Below, piece by piece: positions 1 to 9,860 of a stretch of DNA of 64,000 nt. Numbering within the stretch: position 1 is the first letter of the stretch; the number at the start of each line of letters is the position of its first letter. Under the pieces are notes generated by a model. That model worked only from the letters and a program-made list of their open reading frames with translations. It ran no database searches and had not been told where the DNA came from. The DNA is taken from the NCBI RefSeq assembly GCF_025244685.1, contig NZ_CP104202.1, forward strand, positions 1,748,471 to 1,812,470, written 5' to 3'. Position numbers and translations under genes: made by a program. This DNA comes from Chlorobaculum sp. MV4-Y (GTDB taxonomy: Bacteria > Bacteroidota > Chlorobiia > Chlorobiales > Chlorobiaceae).

Positions 1-259
1 CATCAGCGTCAATGCGATTCCTCTTTTTTTCATACACATATCCTCATTGCGCAGGAAATGAGCCCGCGTCATAGTGATCGTTGAGTCGGTTCATAAAACC
101 AGCGGCATACAGACAGGAAAGGAAGGAATCGATCATGCTTCTGCTCTATGGCCGTCGTGCATGAGAAGTCCGGCTGGCTTTTTTATAAAACTCAGTAAAG
201 ATAAAGTTTTTTCGTTGCGGCAAAAAGGTCACGGCACATGAAGCGTCCCGACGCGCCAT

Positions 260-850
260 TCAGCGTTTGATGCCTGAATGGCTCTGAAACTGCACTTCAG
301 CATCAGCGATGCGTGAATTCAACCTGATCCGCAGCCTTGCAGGCCACCAGTTGAACATGAGAATGCTCATTGACTCCCATATCGATACCCAGGCCGCAAT
401 GGTCACCCCTTCGACCAGCACCCGTTCGTAAACGAGATCCCGCACATCCGGAATCATGCTTCCGCCAAGCCATAACGAAAGAAAAAGCAATACCATGCCA
501 GAAAGGAAAAAGAGCAGGGATCTCCTCAGAAGCTGCTGCATCGAAGCCGACTCCAGCCCGCGCTGATAGATGAAGAATTTCCTGATGCTGGTTCTGATGC
601 GCTCCTGAAGCTCCTCTGAAGGAACGGCATCGAGCGTAATGCGGATGGTGAAATCGACCCGCCCGATTTCGCGCACGCAGTCGAGCAGGTATGCGGCAAG
701 CTCCTCGTCGAGGTCTTTGCGGTGAAAGGGCGCCTGTTTGTCAAAATCCTCGTACAGCTCCTCCACCTTCGACGCATAGACGTCGATGATAACGCGGCCA
801 TCGTCCAGACGGTCGTACCGCTCAAGGATGTCCTTTTTCATAGCCATCAC
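260..850 (-). CDS. hypothetical membrane protein
   Basis: 196-aa ORF with a hydrophobic C-terminal half (LLFFLSGMVLLFLSLWLGG...). No recognisable catalytic motif. Confidence 0.4.
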   Translation of the reverse strand: MMAMKKDILERYDRLDDGRVIIDVYASKVEELYEDFDKQAPFHRKDLDEELAAYLLDCVREIGRVDFTIRITLDAVPSEELQERIRTSIRKFFIYQRGLESASMQQLLRRSLLFFLSGMVLLFLSLWLGGSMIPDVRDLVYERVLVEGVTIAAWVSIWESMSILMFNWWPARLRIRLNSRIADAEVQFQSHSGIKR

Positions 851-935
851 GCATCATTGTCGTGAAAACCGTTGCCGCGCTTCGTATGGAATGGAGAGAG
901 CGAATCTCCGCCGGAAACCCGCTCTCCTCGCGCCC

Positions 936-1673
936 CTACTTCCCGCTCGCCGGGACGAACTGCCAGCGGGAGCTTACTGAAACCGAAAGCTTCTGTTCGC
1001 CCGGCTGCACATCGGTAGGCGGAGCGGCTATCGGTGCCTCCGCTTTGAACATAGCGACACGCATCATGGGATATTCGGTCTGCGGCTGGCCGTACTGAAG
1101 GTCAAGCAGCGCACCAAGCCGTCCACCGGCAGCGCGGGCAATCACTTCGGCATCGTGCTTCGCGCTCTTCACGGCATTTTCAAGCGCCTGCGTGCGGAAG
1201 CTCTCGAAGCGGGACGAGAAGTAGCTGAGTCCATCGACCGTACCCGCGCCCGCGCCGACCACCGCGTCGATCGCGCCGCCAAGTTTACCGAGATCACGCA
1301 CCACGACCCTGACGACATGCCGGGCTTTGTAGCCCCGAAGCTCACTTTTGCCCGTTGAACTGTTCCACTCCCACTCGGGGCTCACCGTGTAACTCGCTGA
1401 AGAGGCATCAGCAGAAGAAATCCCGACCTTGCGCAATGCCTGCTGGAGCGAACTCCAGAGCGTCGCGACCTTTGCCGAGGCTTTGGCCGCATCCTTGTCG
1501 GTCGATTCAACTGTCGTCGTGAATTCAGCCGTATCGGGATCGTAGGTTACCGTGCTTGACGCCGATACCGAAATGCCGGTCTCGCCAGCTTGAAGCGAAG
1601 TAGCGGGAAAAGCGCAACACAGCAGCGCCAATACCATGATCGTCACATTTCGGAAAGCAAAATAACGTTGCAT
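936..1673 (-). CDS. SIMPL-domain (DUF541, BP26/OMP28-like) periplasmic protein
   Basis: Start set at MQRYFAFRNVTIMVLALLCCAFPATSLQAG (signal peptide) with an AAGGAG RBS upstream. SIMPL-like middle and C-terminal region. Confidence 0.55.
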   Translation of the reverse strand: MQRYFAFRNVTIMVLALLCCAFPATSLQAGETGISVSASSTVTYDPDTAEFTTTVESTDKDAAKASAKVATLWSSLQQALRKVGISSADASSASYTVSPEWEWNSSTGKSELRGYKARHVVRVVVRDLGKLGGAIDAVVGAGAGTVDGLSYFSSRFESFRTQALENAVKSAKHDAEVIARAAGGRLGALLDLQYGQPQTEYPMMRVAMFKAEAPIAAPPTDVQPGEQKLSVSVSSRWQFVPASGK

Positions 1674-1739
1674 ACAAATCTCCTTTCTGATCGTTGAAAA
1701 ACAGACTCGAAGAAAAAATAACACTACTCTGGAGAAAAC

Positions 1740-2369
1740 TCAAGCGCACACTTCGCCGATGCAGAACCGCTGGGTGCTGAACTTGCTGAGAAAAGCCGCC
1801 ACCGATCCGTCCGGTCGCTCGACCATCACCGCGCCATCCTGCCATGGGCCGTTCTCCGCTGCCCACCGGCTGCCGGGGGGATCGCCCTGGTTCTGATGGA
1901 TATTGTGCACCCCTTTGCCATTGCGGAACGGCTCGCCGAAGACAAAAATTCTGCGCCCGCGCCGCAGCAGCGGCTCGAGGTCGCGAAAAGCGTCGTGCCC
2001 GGTGCCATACTTCCAGCAATACTTGCCCGCCGCCGCCTCGCGCCCGGCGCGGACGCACTCCGCCGACGGCCCGAGCCACTCACTCCGGTAGTAATCGAGC
2101 GCCCCGCTGTCCTCGTCCATGGCGATGCTGTACCAACCGTCCTCGCGCTCTTTCAGCGACGCCGCCCGCTCCTGCGGTAACTCGACCGTCTTCCACTGAA
2201 TGCCGTCACGATGATGCTTGCTGTCGAGATCGACCACACAGCGATAGACGGCAGCCCGCGCCCGCACCAGAAGCGAACAGTGGTAGTAGTGCGTTTCATC
2301 CTGCCGGTTATCGCAGCCATACCGGAGCAGCGACCCCGCAAGAACGCCATAACCGTCAAACAGTGGCAT
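1740..2369 (-). CDS. DUF2278 (YukJ-like) family protein
   Basis: 209 aa. Motifs IHQNQGDPPGS and ENGPWQDG are typical of the DUF2278 family. Confidence 0.4.
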   Translation of the reverse strand: MPLFDGYGVLAGSLLRYGCDNRQDETHYYHCSLLVRARAAVYRCVVDLDSKHHRDGIQWKTVELPQERAASLKEREDGWYSIAMDEDSGALDYYRSEWLGPSAECVRAGREAAAGKYCWKYGTGHDAFRDLEPLLRRGRRIFVFGEPFRNGKGVHNIHQNQGDPPGSRWAAENGPWQDGAVMVERPDGSVAAFLSKFSTQRFCIGEVCA

Positions 2370-2562
2370 GAGCGAAAAAATCGGGTTGAGAAAAGAGATA
2401 CAGCCAAGTGCGCGGCACTGTTATCAAGTTAGGATTCCTGCCTTTACCGCCCAAACCGGAGCGCATGACAAGTGTTTCCGTTTTTTGCGATAACCGGTGG
2501 CAGTTGATACTTTGACTGTCAGAGTCCGTCCGATTTCTCTCAATCCCTGAAACAATCCGATT

Positions 2563-4575
2563 ATGACACGCACTCGTTCCATCGATGAAGAGGCCGTCGC
2601 CACCATCAGGCTTCTGGCGGTCGATATGGTAGAAAAGGCCAAATCGGGCCATCCCGGACTGCCGCTCGGCGCGGCTCCGATGGCCTACACGCTCTTCACG
2701 AAAATCATGCGGTTCAACCCCGCCAATCCGGAGTGGCCGAACCGCGACCGCTTCGTGCTCTCGGCGGGCCACGGCTCGGCGCTGCTCTACGCCATGCTGC
2801 ACCTGTGCGGCTACGGCCTCGGCATGGATGAGCTGAAGCAGTTCCGGCAGCTCGGCAGCCGCACACCGGGACACCCCGAATATGGACACACGCCGGGCGT
2901 CGAAACGACCACCGGCCCGCTCGGCCAGGGTATTGCCACCGCCGTCGGCATGGCTGCCGCCGAACGCTTCCTCGCCGCCAAACTCAACACGTTGGAACGG
3001 CCGCTCATCGACCACTTCACCTACGTCATCTGCGGCGACGGCGACCTCATGGAGGGCATCAGTTCGGAGGCCTCGTCACTGGCAGGCCACCTCAAGCTCG
3101 GACGCCTCATCTGCCTCTACGACAGCAACCACATCAGCATCGAAGGCTCGACCAGCCTGGCCTTCACGGAGGATGTCGCCCGCCGCTACGAGGCCTACGG
3201 CTGGCACGTCCTGTCGCACATCGACGGCAACGACCTTGCGGCCATCGAGCAAGCGGTGCGCGACGCGCAGGAGATCGACGACCGGCCATCAATGATCATC
3301 GTCAACACCACCATCGGCTACGGCAGTCCGCACAAGCAGGGCACCGCTTCAGCACACGGCGAGCCACTCGGCCCGGAAGAGACAAAGCTGGTCAAGCAGG
3401 CGTTCGGGTTTGATGAAAATGAATCGTTCGTCGTGTCGGAAGCGGTGTACGCCCACTTCCGCGAGCTGGCCAAGCGCGGTGCGACGCTCGAAGCCGAATG
3501 GCAAGCGCGGTGGCAAGCGTTTGAGCGTGACGAGCCTTCGCTCGCCTCGGCAATCTCCGACCTGCTCGCGGGCCGATTCCCGGAAGCGTGGCTGCCGGAT
3601 GCGCCGGAGTTCGCGGCGGGCGAAAAGCTCGCCACGCGGCAGGCATCGAAAAGCGTGCTTGCCAAAATCGTAGAAAAGGCGCCACTGCTAGCGGGCGGCT
3701 CGGCTGACCTGGCCCCGTCGAACGGCACGCTCCTCGGAGCCGCTTTCGAGGCTGGAAGCTACGGCGGCTCGACCTTCCATTTCGGCGTCCGGGAGCACGC
3801 AATGGGCGCGCTTGTCAACGGCATGGCGCTGTCAAAAATGATGATTCCGTACGGCGCAACCTTCCTCGTCTTTGCCGACTACATGAAGCCCGCGCTGCGC
3901 CTGGCCGCAATGATGCAGTCCCCCTCGATCTTCATCTTCACCCACGACAGCATCGGCCTCGGCGAAGACGGCCCGACCCACCAGCCCGTCGAGCAGCTCG
4001 CCATGCTCCGCGCCATGCCGGGCTTCGACGTGTATCGCCCGGCGGACGCCAACGAAACGGCAGCGGCCTGGCTGCTCGCGCTGAAGCGCCGGAAACCGGC
4101 AGCGCTCGTGCTAACGCGCCAAGGGTTGCCTGTGCTCGAAGACGTTGACAGAGGTATTCGGGACGGCGTAGCGAGGGGCGGTTATGTGCTTGCGGATTGG
4201 CCAGATAACGCCGACGACACCCGGCGGGTCATCATCGTGGCCACCGGCTCCGAGGTGCATCCGGCGCTTGAAGCGAAGGCGCTGATCGAAAAAGAGGGAT
4301 TCGCCGCGCGGGTGGTCTCGATGCCGTCGCGAGAGCTGTTCGCCGAGCAACCGGCAGAGTACCGTGACGCCGTGCTGCCACCCTCGGTTCGAGCGCGCGT
4401 CGTCGTCGAAGCCGCTGCAACCTTCGGCTGGCACGACATTTCGGGCGACGGCTGCGCGGTGATCGGCATCGACCGCTTCGGCATGTCGGCCCCCGGCCCG
4501 CAGGTGATGGAGCACTTTGGCTTCACCGCCGCCAACATAACCGCCCGCGCCCTTGAACTGCTGAACCGGAAATGA
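2563..4575 (+). CDS. tkt: transketolase
   Basis: 670 aa. N-terminal TPP-binding motif GHPGLPLGAAPMAYTLF and full-length transketolase architecture. Confidence 0.95.
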   Translation: MTRTRSIDEEAVATIRLLAVDMVEKAKSGHPGLPLGAAPMAYTLFTKIMRFNPANPEWPNRDRFVLSAGHGSALLYAMLHLCGYGLGMDELKQFRQLGSRTPGHPEYGHTPGVETTTGPLGQGIATAVGMAAAERFLAAKLNTLERPLIDHFTYVICGDGDLMEGISSEASSLAGHLKLGRLICLYDSNHISIEGSTSLAFTEDVARRYEAYGWHVLSHIDGNDLAAIEQAVRDAQEIDDRPSMIIVNTTIGYGSPHKQGTASAHGEPLGPEETKLVKQAFGFDENESFVVSEAVYAHFRELAKRGATLEAEWQARWQAFERDEPSLASAISDLLAGRFPEAWLPDAPEFAAGEKLATRQASKSVLAKIVEKAPLLAGGSADLAPSNGTLLGAAFEAGSYGGSTFHFGVREHAMGALVNGMALSKMMIPYGATFLVFADYMKPALRLAAMMQSPSIFIFTHDSIGLGEDGPTHQPVEQLAMLRAMPGFDVYRPADANETAAAWLLALKRRKPAALVLTRQGLPVLEDVDRGIRDGVARGGYVLADWPDNADDTRRVIIVATGSEVHPALEAKALIEKEGFAARVVSMPSRELFAEQPAEYRDAVLPPSVRARVVVEAAATFGWHDISGDGCAVIGIDRFGMSAPGPQVMEHFGFTAANITARALELLNRK

Positions 4576-5372
4576 ACACCATGGCACACTGGATCAGCGA
4601 GCCGCTCGACGCGCTTCTCGAAAAAGCGGTCGCCTTCATCACCGACACTGCTTATCAGGCAGTCGCCGAACGGGGCCGCTTCACGCTGGTGCTCTCGGGC
4701 GGCAACACGCCGCGAGCGCTCCACAAGCAGCTCGCCAAAGGCATCCGCGAAGAGCGCTACCTCGAACTCGGCTACAAGCTGCCCGCCGACGTACGCCGCT
4801 GCACCCGCGATCCGGAAGTGATCGTGCCGCCCTGGGCGCACACCCTGCTCTTCCAGGGCGACGAGCGCTACCTGCCGCCAAGCCACCCCGACAGCAACTA
4901 CGGCATGGCCCGCGAAACGCTCATCCGCAACATCTGCGTCAAAGCGTCGAACATCCACCGGATGCCAACCGAATCGGGCAACCCACAGGCGGACGCCCGC
5001 AGCTACGAATCGCTGCTCCGTGGCCTGTTCCGCAAACACGCCAGCGACGACGCCCCGCCCTCATTCGACCTCATCCTCCTCGGCCTCGGCGACGACGGCC
5101 ACACCGCATCCCTCTTCCCCGGCGACCACAAATCGCTCGACGAAAAAGAGCGCTGGGTCATCGCCATCGATGCCCCCAACGGCAAACCGCCCGGAATGAG
5201 GCTGACGCTGACCTTGCCGGTTATCAACGAAGCCAGGAACGCCCTCTTCCTCATCCCGCCGTCGAGATACGACTTCGCCCGCTCGATCAGCAACGGCGAG
5301 AGGCCAGAGTTGCCTGCGGGGATGGTTAGGCCAAGGAGTGGGAATGTGTGGTGGTTTGTGGAAGGGGGATAG
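4572..5372 (+). CDS. pgl: 6-phosphogluconolactonase
   Basis: ATGA overlap with the tkt stop. Motifs FTLVLSGGNTP and LLGLGDDGHTASLFPG. Confidence 0.85.
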   Translation: MNTMAHWISEPLDALLEKAVAFITDTAYQAVAERGRFTLVLSGGNTPRALHKQLAKGIREERYLELGYKLPADVRRCTRDPEVIVPPWAHTLLFQGDERYLPPSHPDSNYGMARETLIRNICVKASNIHRMPTESGNPQADARSYESLLRGLFRKHASDDAPPSFDLILLGLGDDGHTASLFPGDHKSLDEKERWVIAIDAPNGKPPGMRLTLTLPVINEARNALFLIPPSRYDFARSISNGERPELPAGMVRPRSGNVWWFVEGG

Positions 5373-5438
5373 AACTCAAAACACCCTCAATGACATTTTT
5401 TAGTGTTAGTTCTTTTTAGACTTCGGCTCCCCTATTCA

Positions 5439-5538
5439 GGCGGGATTCATCCCGCCGGACATTTCGGCTTTTGCATTCATGTTGCCCCGGACTTTAGTCC
5501 GGGGAAGAGAGAGCCTCTGCCCATATGGGCTTCAGCCC
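5439..5538. repeat. cluster of short palindromes (REP-like), including CCCCGGACTTTAGTCCGGGG
   Basis: GGCGGGATTCATCCCGCC (5439-5456), CCCCGGACTTTAGTCCGGGG (5485-5504), GGGCTTCAGCCC (5527-5538). Second copy near 52381. Confidence 0.6.
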
Positions 5539-5648
5539 AATTTCTTACAACGGCGGCGATTGCAATTTTTTGTCGCAGAGGCAATTGAAATGGCAATATA
5601 AGCCTGAGTGTCCATGTCAGAACATTCAAAATCCTCCCCCCACCTTCC

Positions 5649-7085
5649 TCACCCGTAAATCCGCGACGATTCCGGCCCCCAGCTATGCACAGGATATTGC
5701 TCCGGAACCTGGCCGTCAATGGAATCTTTCAGGCTGTCGATAATTTCCCACGAGTACTCCACGCTGTCTTTGCGGATGAAGTTCATCTGGTTGCCTTCGA
5801 TGGCGTCGAGCAGCAGGCGATGGTACGGTGTGAGGCCCTCGCCCTGAAAGGTTCCCCGGTAATCGAACTTCATGAACACCGGATCGGTGATCATCTGCTC
5901 GCCGGGGCGTTTCGCGCCGAAGCGGATGGCGACCGTTTCGTCGGGCTGGATGCCAAGCACCACCTGGTTCGGCGTGCAGCACGCCGCGCCACCCGAAGGC
6001 CCGTAGTAGTTCTGCGGCGGGCAGCGGAAGGTGATGACGATTTCAGTCACGCTTTTGGCGAGGTTCTTGCCCGCCTTCATGTAGAACGGCACGCCCGACC
6101 AGCGCCAGTTGTCGATGTGGAACTTCACGGCGGCGAAGGTCTCAACTTTCGAATCCGGCGCGACATTTTTCTCGCTCTGATACCCCTCGTACTGACCGAT
6201 CACCACCGAGTCGCGCACGGAATCGGTAGTGAAGTGGCGCACCGAGCGCAGGATTTTGGACTTCTCGTCGCGAATCGAATCGGCGCTGAGATCAACTGGC
6301 GGCTCCATTGCGATGGCCGCGAGAAGCTGCAAGCCGTGATTCTGGATGATGTCACGCAAGAGTCCCGACTCCTCGTAGTAAGCGCCGCGATCACGAATGC
6401 CGAAATCCTCGGCGATGGTGATCATGACCTGCGCGATATACTGCCGGTTCCAGAGCGGCTCGAAGATGCCGTTGGAGAAGCGGAACACCATGATATTCTG
6501 CACAGGCTCCTTGCCGAGGTAGTGGTCGATGCGATAGACCTGCCGCTCCTCGAACACCTCGTCGATGACCCGGTTCAACTCGCGGGCGCTTTCGAGATCG
6601 TAGCCGTAGGGCTTTTCGGCGATGATCTTGCGCCACCCGGTGCACGACTGTTCACGCCCGCCCAGCCCGGCCTTGCCGAGACCGCGCACCACGGCGGGTG
6701 CGAGGCTCGGCGGTATCGACAGGTAGAACATCAGGTTATGGCAGGTTCGCCCTTTCTCCTCTTCACGCTGAATCTCATCACGCAGCGCTTCGTAGCCCGC
6801 CGGATCGTCGAGATCGGAGCGGACATAAAAAAGTCGGCTACAGAAAGCGTCGAGCCGCGCTGCTTCAGCGGCAGCTTCGGGCGAGTGCTCCAACAGGCGC
6901 TCGCGAACGAAAGCGCGGAACTCATCGTGGCTTTGCTCCCGCCGCCCGACGCCGATCAGCCGGAACAATTCAGGCATATGCCCCCACCGCGCAAGCTGGA
7001 AAACTGACGGGAAAAGCTTGCGCGAGGCCAGGTCGCTGCTCGCGCCGAAGATGACGATGGTGAAATTGTCGAGAGTGCCGCTCAT
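5649..7085 (-). CDS. zwf: glucose-6-phosphate 1-dehydrogenase
   Basis: 478 aa. N-terminal [21 protein letters not shown]-binding motif and G6PD family length. Confidence 0.95.
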   Translation of the reverse strand: MSGTLDNFTIVIFGASSDLASRKLFPSVFQLARWGHMPELFRLIGVGRREQSHDEFRAFVRERLLEHSPEAAAEAARLDAFCSRLFYVRSDLDDPAGYEALRDEIQREEEKGRTCHNLMFYLSIPPSLAPAVVRGLGKAGLGGREQSCTGWRKIIAEKPYGYDLESARELNRVIDEVFEERQVYRIDHYLGKEPVQNIMVFRFSNGIFEPLWNRQYIAQVMITIAEDFGIRDRGAYYEESGLLRDIIQNHGLQLLAAIAMEPPVDLSADSIRDEKSKILRSVRHFTTDSVRDSVVIGQYEGYQSEKNVAPDSKVETFAAVKFHIDNWRWSGVPFYMKAGKNLAKSVTEIVITFRCPPQNYYGPSGGAACCTPNQVVLGIQPDETVAIRFGAKRPGEQMITDPVFMKFDYRGTFQGEGLTPYHRLLLDAIEGNQMNFIRKDSVEYSWEIIDSLKDSIDGQVPEQYPVHSWGPESSRIYG

Positions 7086-7999
7086 GCTTTGCCCTCCCCG
7101 GATTCAGGTGCCTGGAACGCATGACCGCCGAACTCATGCCGCAGCGCCGCGACCACCTTGTCAGAAAAGTTCTCCTCGCTCTGCGAACGGAAGCGCCGGA
7201 ACAGCGAGCCGGAGATGATCGGCACGGCAACGCCGAGATCAAGGGCCGCCTCGACCGCCCACCGCCCCTCGCCCGAATCGGCCACCTTGCCGCCGAGCCA
7301 GCCGAGGTCGTTGTCCTGCGCGAATGCCTTGCCCGCAAGATCCATGAGCCAGCCGCGGATCACCGAACCGTTCGACCAAACCCGCGCCACGTTCTGATTG
7401 TTGAGGTCGTAGCCGCTGGCCCGAAGTAGCTCGAACCCCTCGCCGATGGCCTGCATCATGCCGTACTCGATGCCGTTGTGCACCATTTTCACGAAGTGGC
7501 CTGAGCCGCTCGCGCCCATGTAGCCGTAGCCGTTCTCGACGCAGAGGTCACGCAGCATCGGCTCGACGTGGTCGTACGCCTCGCGGTCGCCCCCGGCCAT
7601 CATGCACGCGCCGTGACGAGCGCCGTCCAAACCGCCGCTGGTGCCGATGTCGAGCATCCGAATGCCCTGCTTGCGGAGCTTTTCTGCGCGAGCGACAGAG
7701 TCGGTGTAACGGGAGTTGCCGCCGTCAATAACGATGTCACCCGCTTTCAGGAACGGCGTGATTCCATCGATCACCGCATCGACCGGACGGCCTGCGGGCA
7801 CCATCACCCAGACGACACGCGGTACGGCAAGTTCACCGACCAGATGCTGCAACGAACTGGCTGCCATCGCCCCTTTGGCCGCAATCGCCGCAACCGCTTC
7901 CGTTGAAAGATCGAACGCCACCACCTCGTGGCCAAGTTCAAGCAGATGCTCGACCATGTTGAACCCCATCTTGCCAAGACCTACAAACCCTATCTTCAT
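7082..7999 (-). CDS. gnd: 6-phosphogluconate dehydrogenase (decarboxylating), short NAD-binding form
   Basis: [19 protein letters not shown] Rossmann N-terminus. 4-nt overlap with the zwf start. Confidence 0.85.
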   Translation of the reverse strand: MKIGFVGLGKMGFNMVEHLLELGHEVVAFDLSTEAVAAIAAKGAMAASSLQHLVGELAVPRVVWVMVPAGRPVDAVIDGITPFLKAGDIVIDGGNSRYTDSVARAEKLRKQGIRMLDIGTSGGLDGARHGACMMAGGDREAYDHVEPMLRDLCVENGYGYMGASGSGHFVKMVHNGIEYGMMQAIGEGFELLRASGYDLNNQNVARVWSNGSVIRGWLMDLAGKAFAQDNDLGWLGGKVADSGEGRWAVEAALDLGVAVPIISGSLFRRFRSQSEENFSDKVVAALRHEFGGHAFQAPESGEGKA

Positions 8000-8426
8000 A
8001 TGAAATCTCCGTTTTTAGGAGTTGTTACCCCCTCCGTTGATTATTGGTTCCGCCCTTCTGTTAACAAGCTGCAAACCCAAGCAACACAGACGAGAAATAC
8101 GGATTTGCATTCAGAGACTACCTCAAAAAAGTTTCATCGCCAGTAATCTGACGCTGTATTTGATTGTCATTCTGAACGAAGTGAAAAATCCAGCATTCCC
8201 GAAAAATCACAATAACTGAATGATCCACAATATCTTGCAAGCCCCCACCGGATTCTTCGTTTGACTTTGTCGAACTCAGAATGACAATAAACGCAAAAAT
8301 GCGTCCTTCATTCAGAAATGGCTTTTGTACCAGACAGCCTCGGGCAAAGAAACAACGGCCACTAAAAATCATTTGCAACTGACAAACCGATTGTTCAGAT
8401 TCATTCACTTAACTAATGATTCATCA

Positions 8427-9860
8427 ATGGGCAGTGAAATAGCAAAAACAGAGTTCAGCAAGGAGGATTTCCGGCAGTTTCAGCAGAATCTCAGAAAAGA
8501 GACGCGGCTGCTGATGGAGTGGTTTTCCGCTGATACGTTCGAAAACCACCAGGTGATGTGCGGCTTCGAACTCGAAGGGTGGCTTGTCGATCAGAATTGC
8601 AATCCGGCAGCACGGAACGAGGAGTTCCTCGCAAAGGTCAACAACCCCCTCGTGGTGGCGGAGCTGTCGAAATACAACTTCGAACTCAACGTTGCGCCCC
8701 ACCCGCTGAACCGCCAACTCTCCGGATTCCTGCGGGACCAGCTTCAGACGCTCTGGGACGACTGCTCCCGCCATGCGCGTGAAATGGGATGCCAGACCCT
8801 GATGACAGGCATTCTGCCAACCTTGCAGGACAGGATGCTGACCCTCCAGAACATGTCGTCGATGCAACGGTTTCACGCCCTGAACCGTGAAATCCTACGC
8901 ACCAGATCATGCCATCCGCTCAAAATAAACATCGAAGGCCCAAACGACCGGCTGGAGATAGTGCATGATGACGTCATGGCAGAGGCGGCGACCACCTCGC
9001 TGCAGATTCACTTTCAGGTTCCGCTCAGCAAAGCCGCTGCATTTTACAACGTCGCGCATGTGCTCTCGGCTCCAATGGCCGCCCTCTCGGCCAACTCGCC
9101 ATTCCTGTTCGGCAGAGAGCTGTGGGACGAAACCCGCATTCCGCTCTTTGAGCAGGCCGTGCACACCCCGTCGTTCGTCGATCTCTCCGGCAGGCCGGTT
9201 TCGCGCGTCACCTTCGGTCGCGATTATGTGCGCGATTCGCTGAAGGAGGTGTTCCTCGAAAATCTCGACGGATTCCCGGTGCTCCTGCCGGTCACTTTCG
9301 ACCACGATCCCGGCATGATGCACCATCTGCGGCTGCACAACGGCACCATCTGGCGCTGGAACCGTCCTCTGATCGGCTTCGGCGAAAATGGACGCCCGCA
9401 CCTGCGCATCGAACACCGGGTTCCGGCGGCGGGGCCGTCGATTTCCGACGTCATCGCCAACATCCTCTTTTTCTATGGCACGATGCTCTACCTTCAACCG
9501 GAGGTTCCGCAGAGCTCCATATCGTTTGAACAGGCGCGAGCGAATTTCTACGCCGCCGCCCGCTCCGGCCTCGACGCACAAGTCAGATGGACGTCGGGCG
9601 ATTCGATGCCCGTCGAGACGCTCATTTTGCAGCACCTGATTCCCGGCGCGATTCTGGCGCTCGCCGCGGCGGGATTCGGTAGTAGTGACCTGCGCTACTA
9701 CCTCGTCGATATTCTGGCGCAGCGGGTGGCTTCGCGCCGCAACGGCGCATGGTGGCAGAAGGCCTTCGTCAAAAAGCACGGCCCCGACTTCAAGATGCTG
9801 ACGCAGGCGTACCTCGAAAACCAGAACCTCGGCACTCCCGTCCACGAATGGAGCATCTGA
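8427..9860 (+). CDS. glutamate--cysteine ligase family protein (gamma-glutamylcysteine synthetase-like carboxylate-amine ligase)
   Basis: Start chosen at MGSEIAK (the ORF tool starts further upstream at a TTG in AT-rich intergenic DNA). MCGFELEGWLVD-type GCS motif. About 477 aa. Confidence 0.5.
   Translation: MGSEIAKTEFSKEDFRQFQQNLRKETRLLMEWFSADTFENHQVMCGFELEGWLVDQNCNPAARNEEFLAKVNNPLVVAELSKYNFELNVAPHPLNRQLSGFLRDQLQTLWDDCSRHAREMGCQTLMTGILPTLQDRMLTLQNMSSMQRFHALNREILRTRSCHPLKINIEGPNDRLEIVHDDVMAEAATTSLQIHFQVPLSKAAAFYNVAHVLSAPMAALSANSPFLFGRELWDETRIPLFEQAVHTPSFVDLSGRPVSRVTFGRDYVRDSLKEVFLENLDGFPVLLPVTFDHDPGMMHHLRLHNGTIWRWNRPLIGFGENGRPHLRIEHRVPAAGPSISDVIANILFFYGTMLYLQPEVPQSSISFEQARANFYAAARSGLDAQVRWTSGDSMPVETLILQHLIPGAILALAAAGFGSSDLRYYLVDILAQRVASRRNGAWWQKAFVKKHGPDFKMLTQAYLENQNLGTPVHEWSI

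Noticed and set aside
1-60. Possible minus-strand gene start (MKKRGIALTLM...) running off the left edge
   Set aside because: Only about 11 codons are in the window, too little to call.
168-195. T-run after GTCCGGCTGGC that looked like a terminator
   Set aside because: No convincing complementary stem could be built. The nearby 9-bp hairpin GCCATTCAG/CTGAATGGC (253-280) overlaps a stop codon and lacks a U-tract.
5685-7007. 440-aa ORF on the + strand
   Set aside because: Entirely antisense to zwf, which has unmistakable G6PD motifs. Long antisense ORFs are expected in GC-rich coding DNA.
8907-9845. 312-aa ORF antisense to the GCS-like gene
   Set aside because: Antisense artefact in GC-rich coding DNA. 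No motifs.
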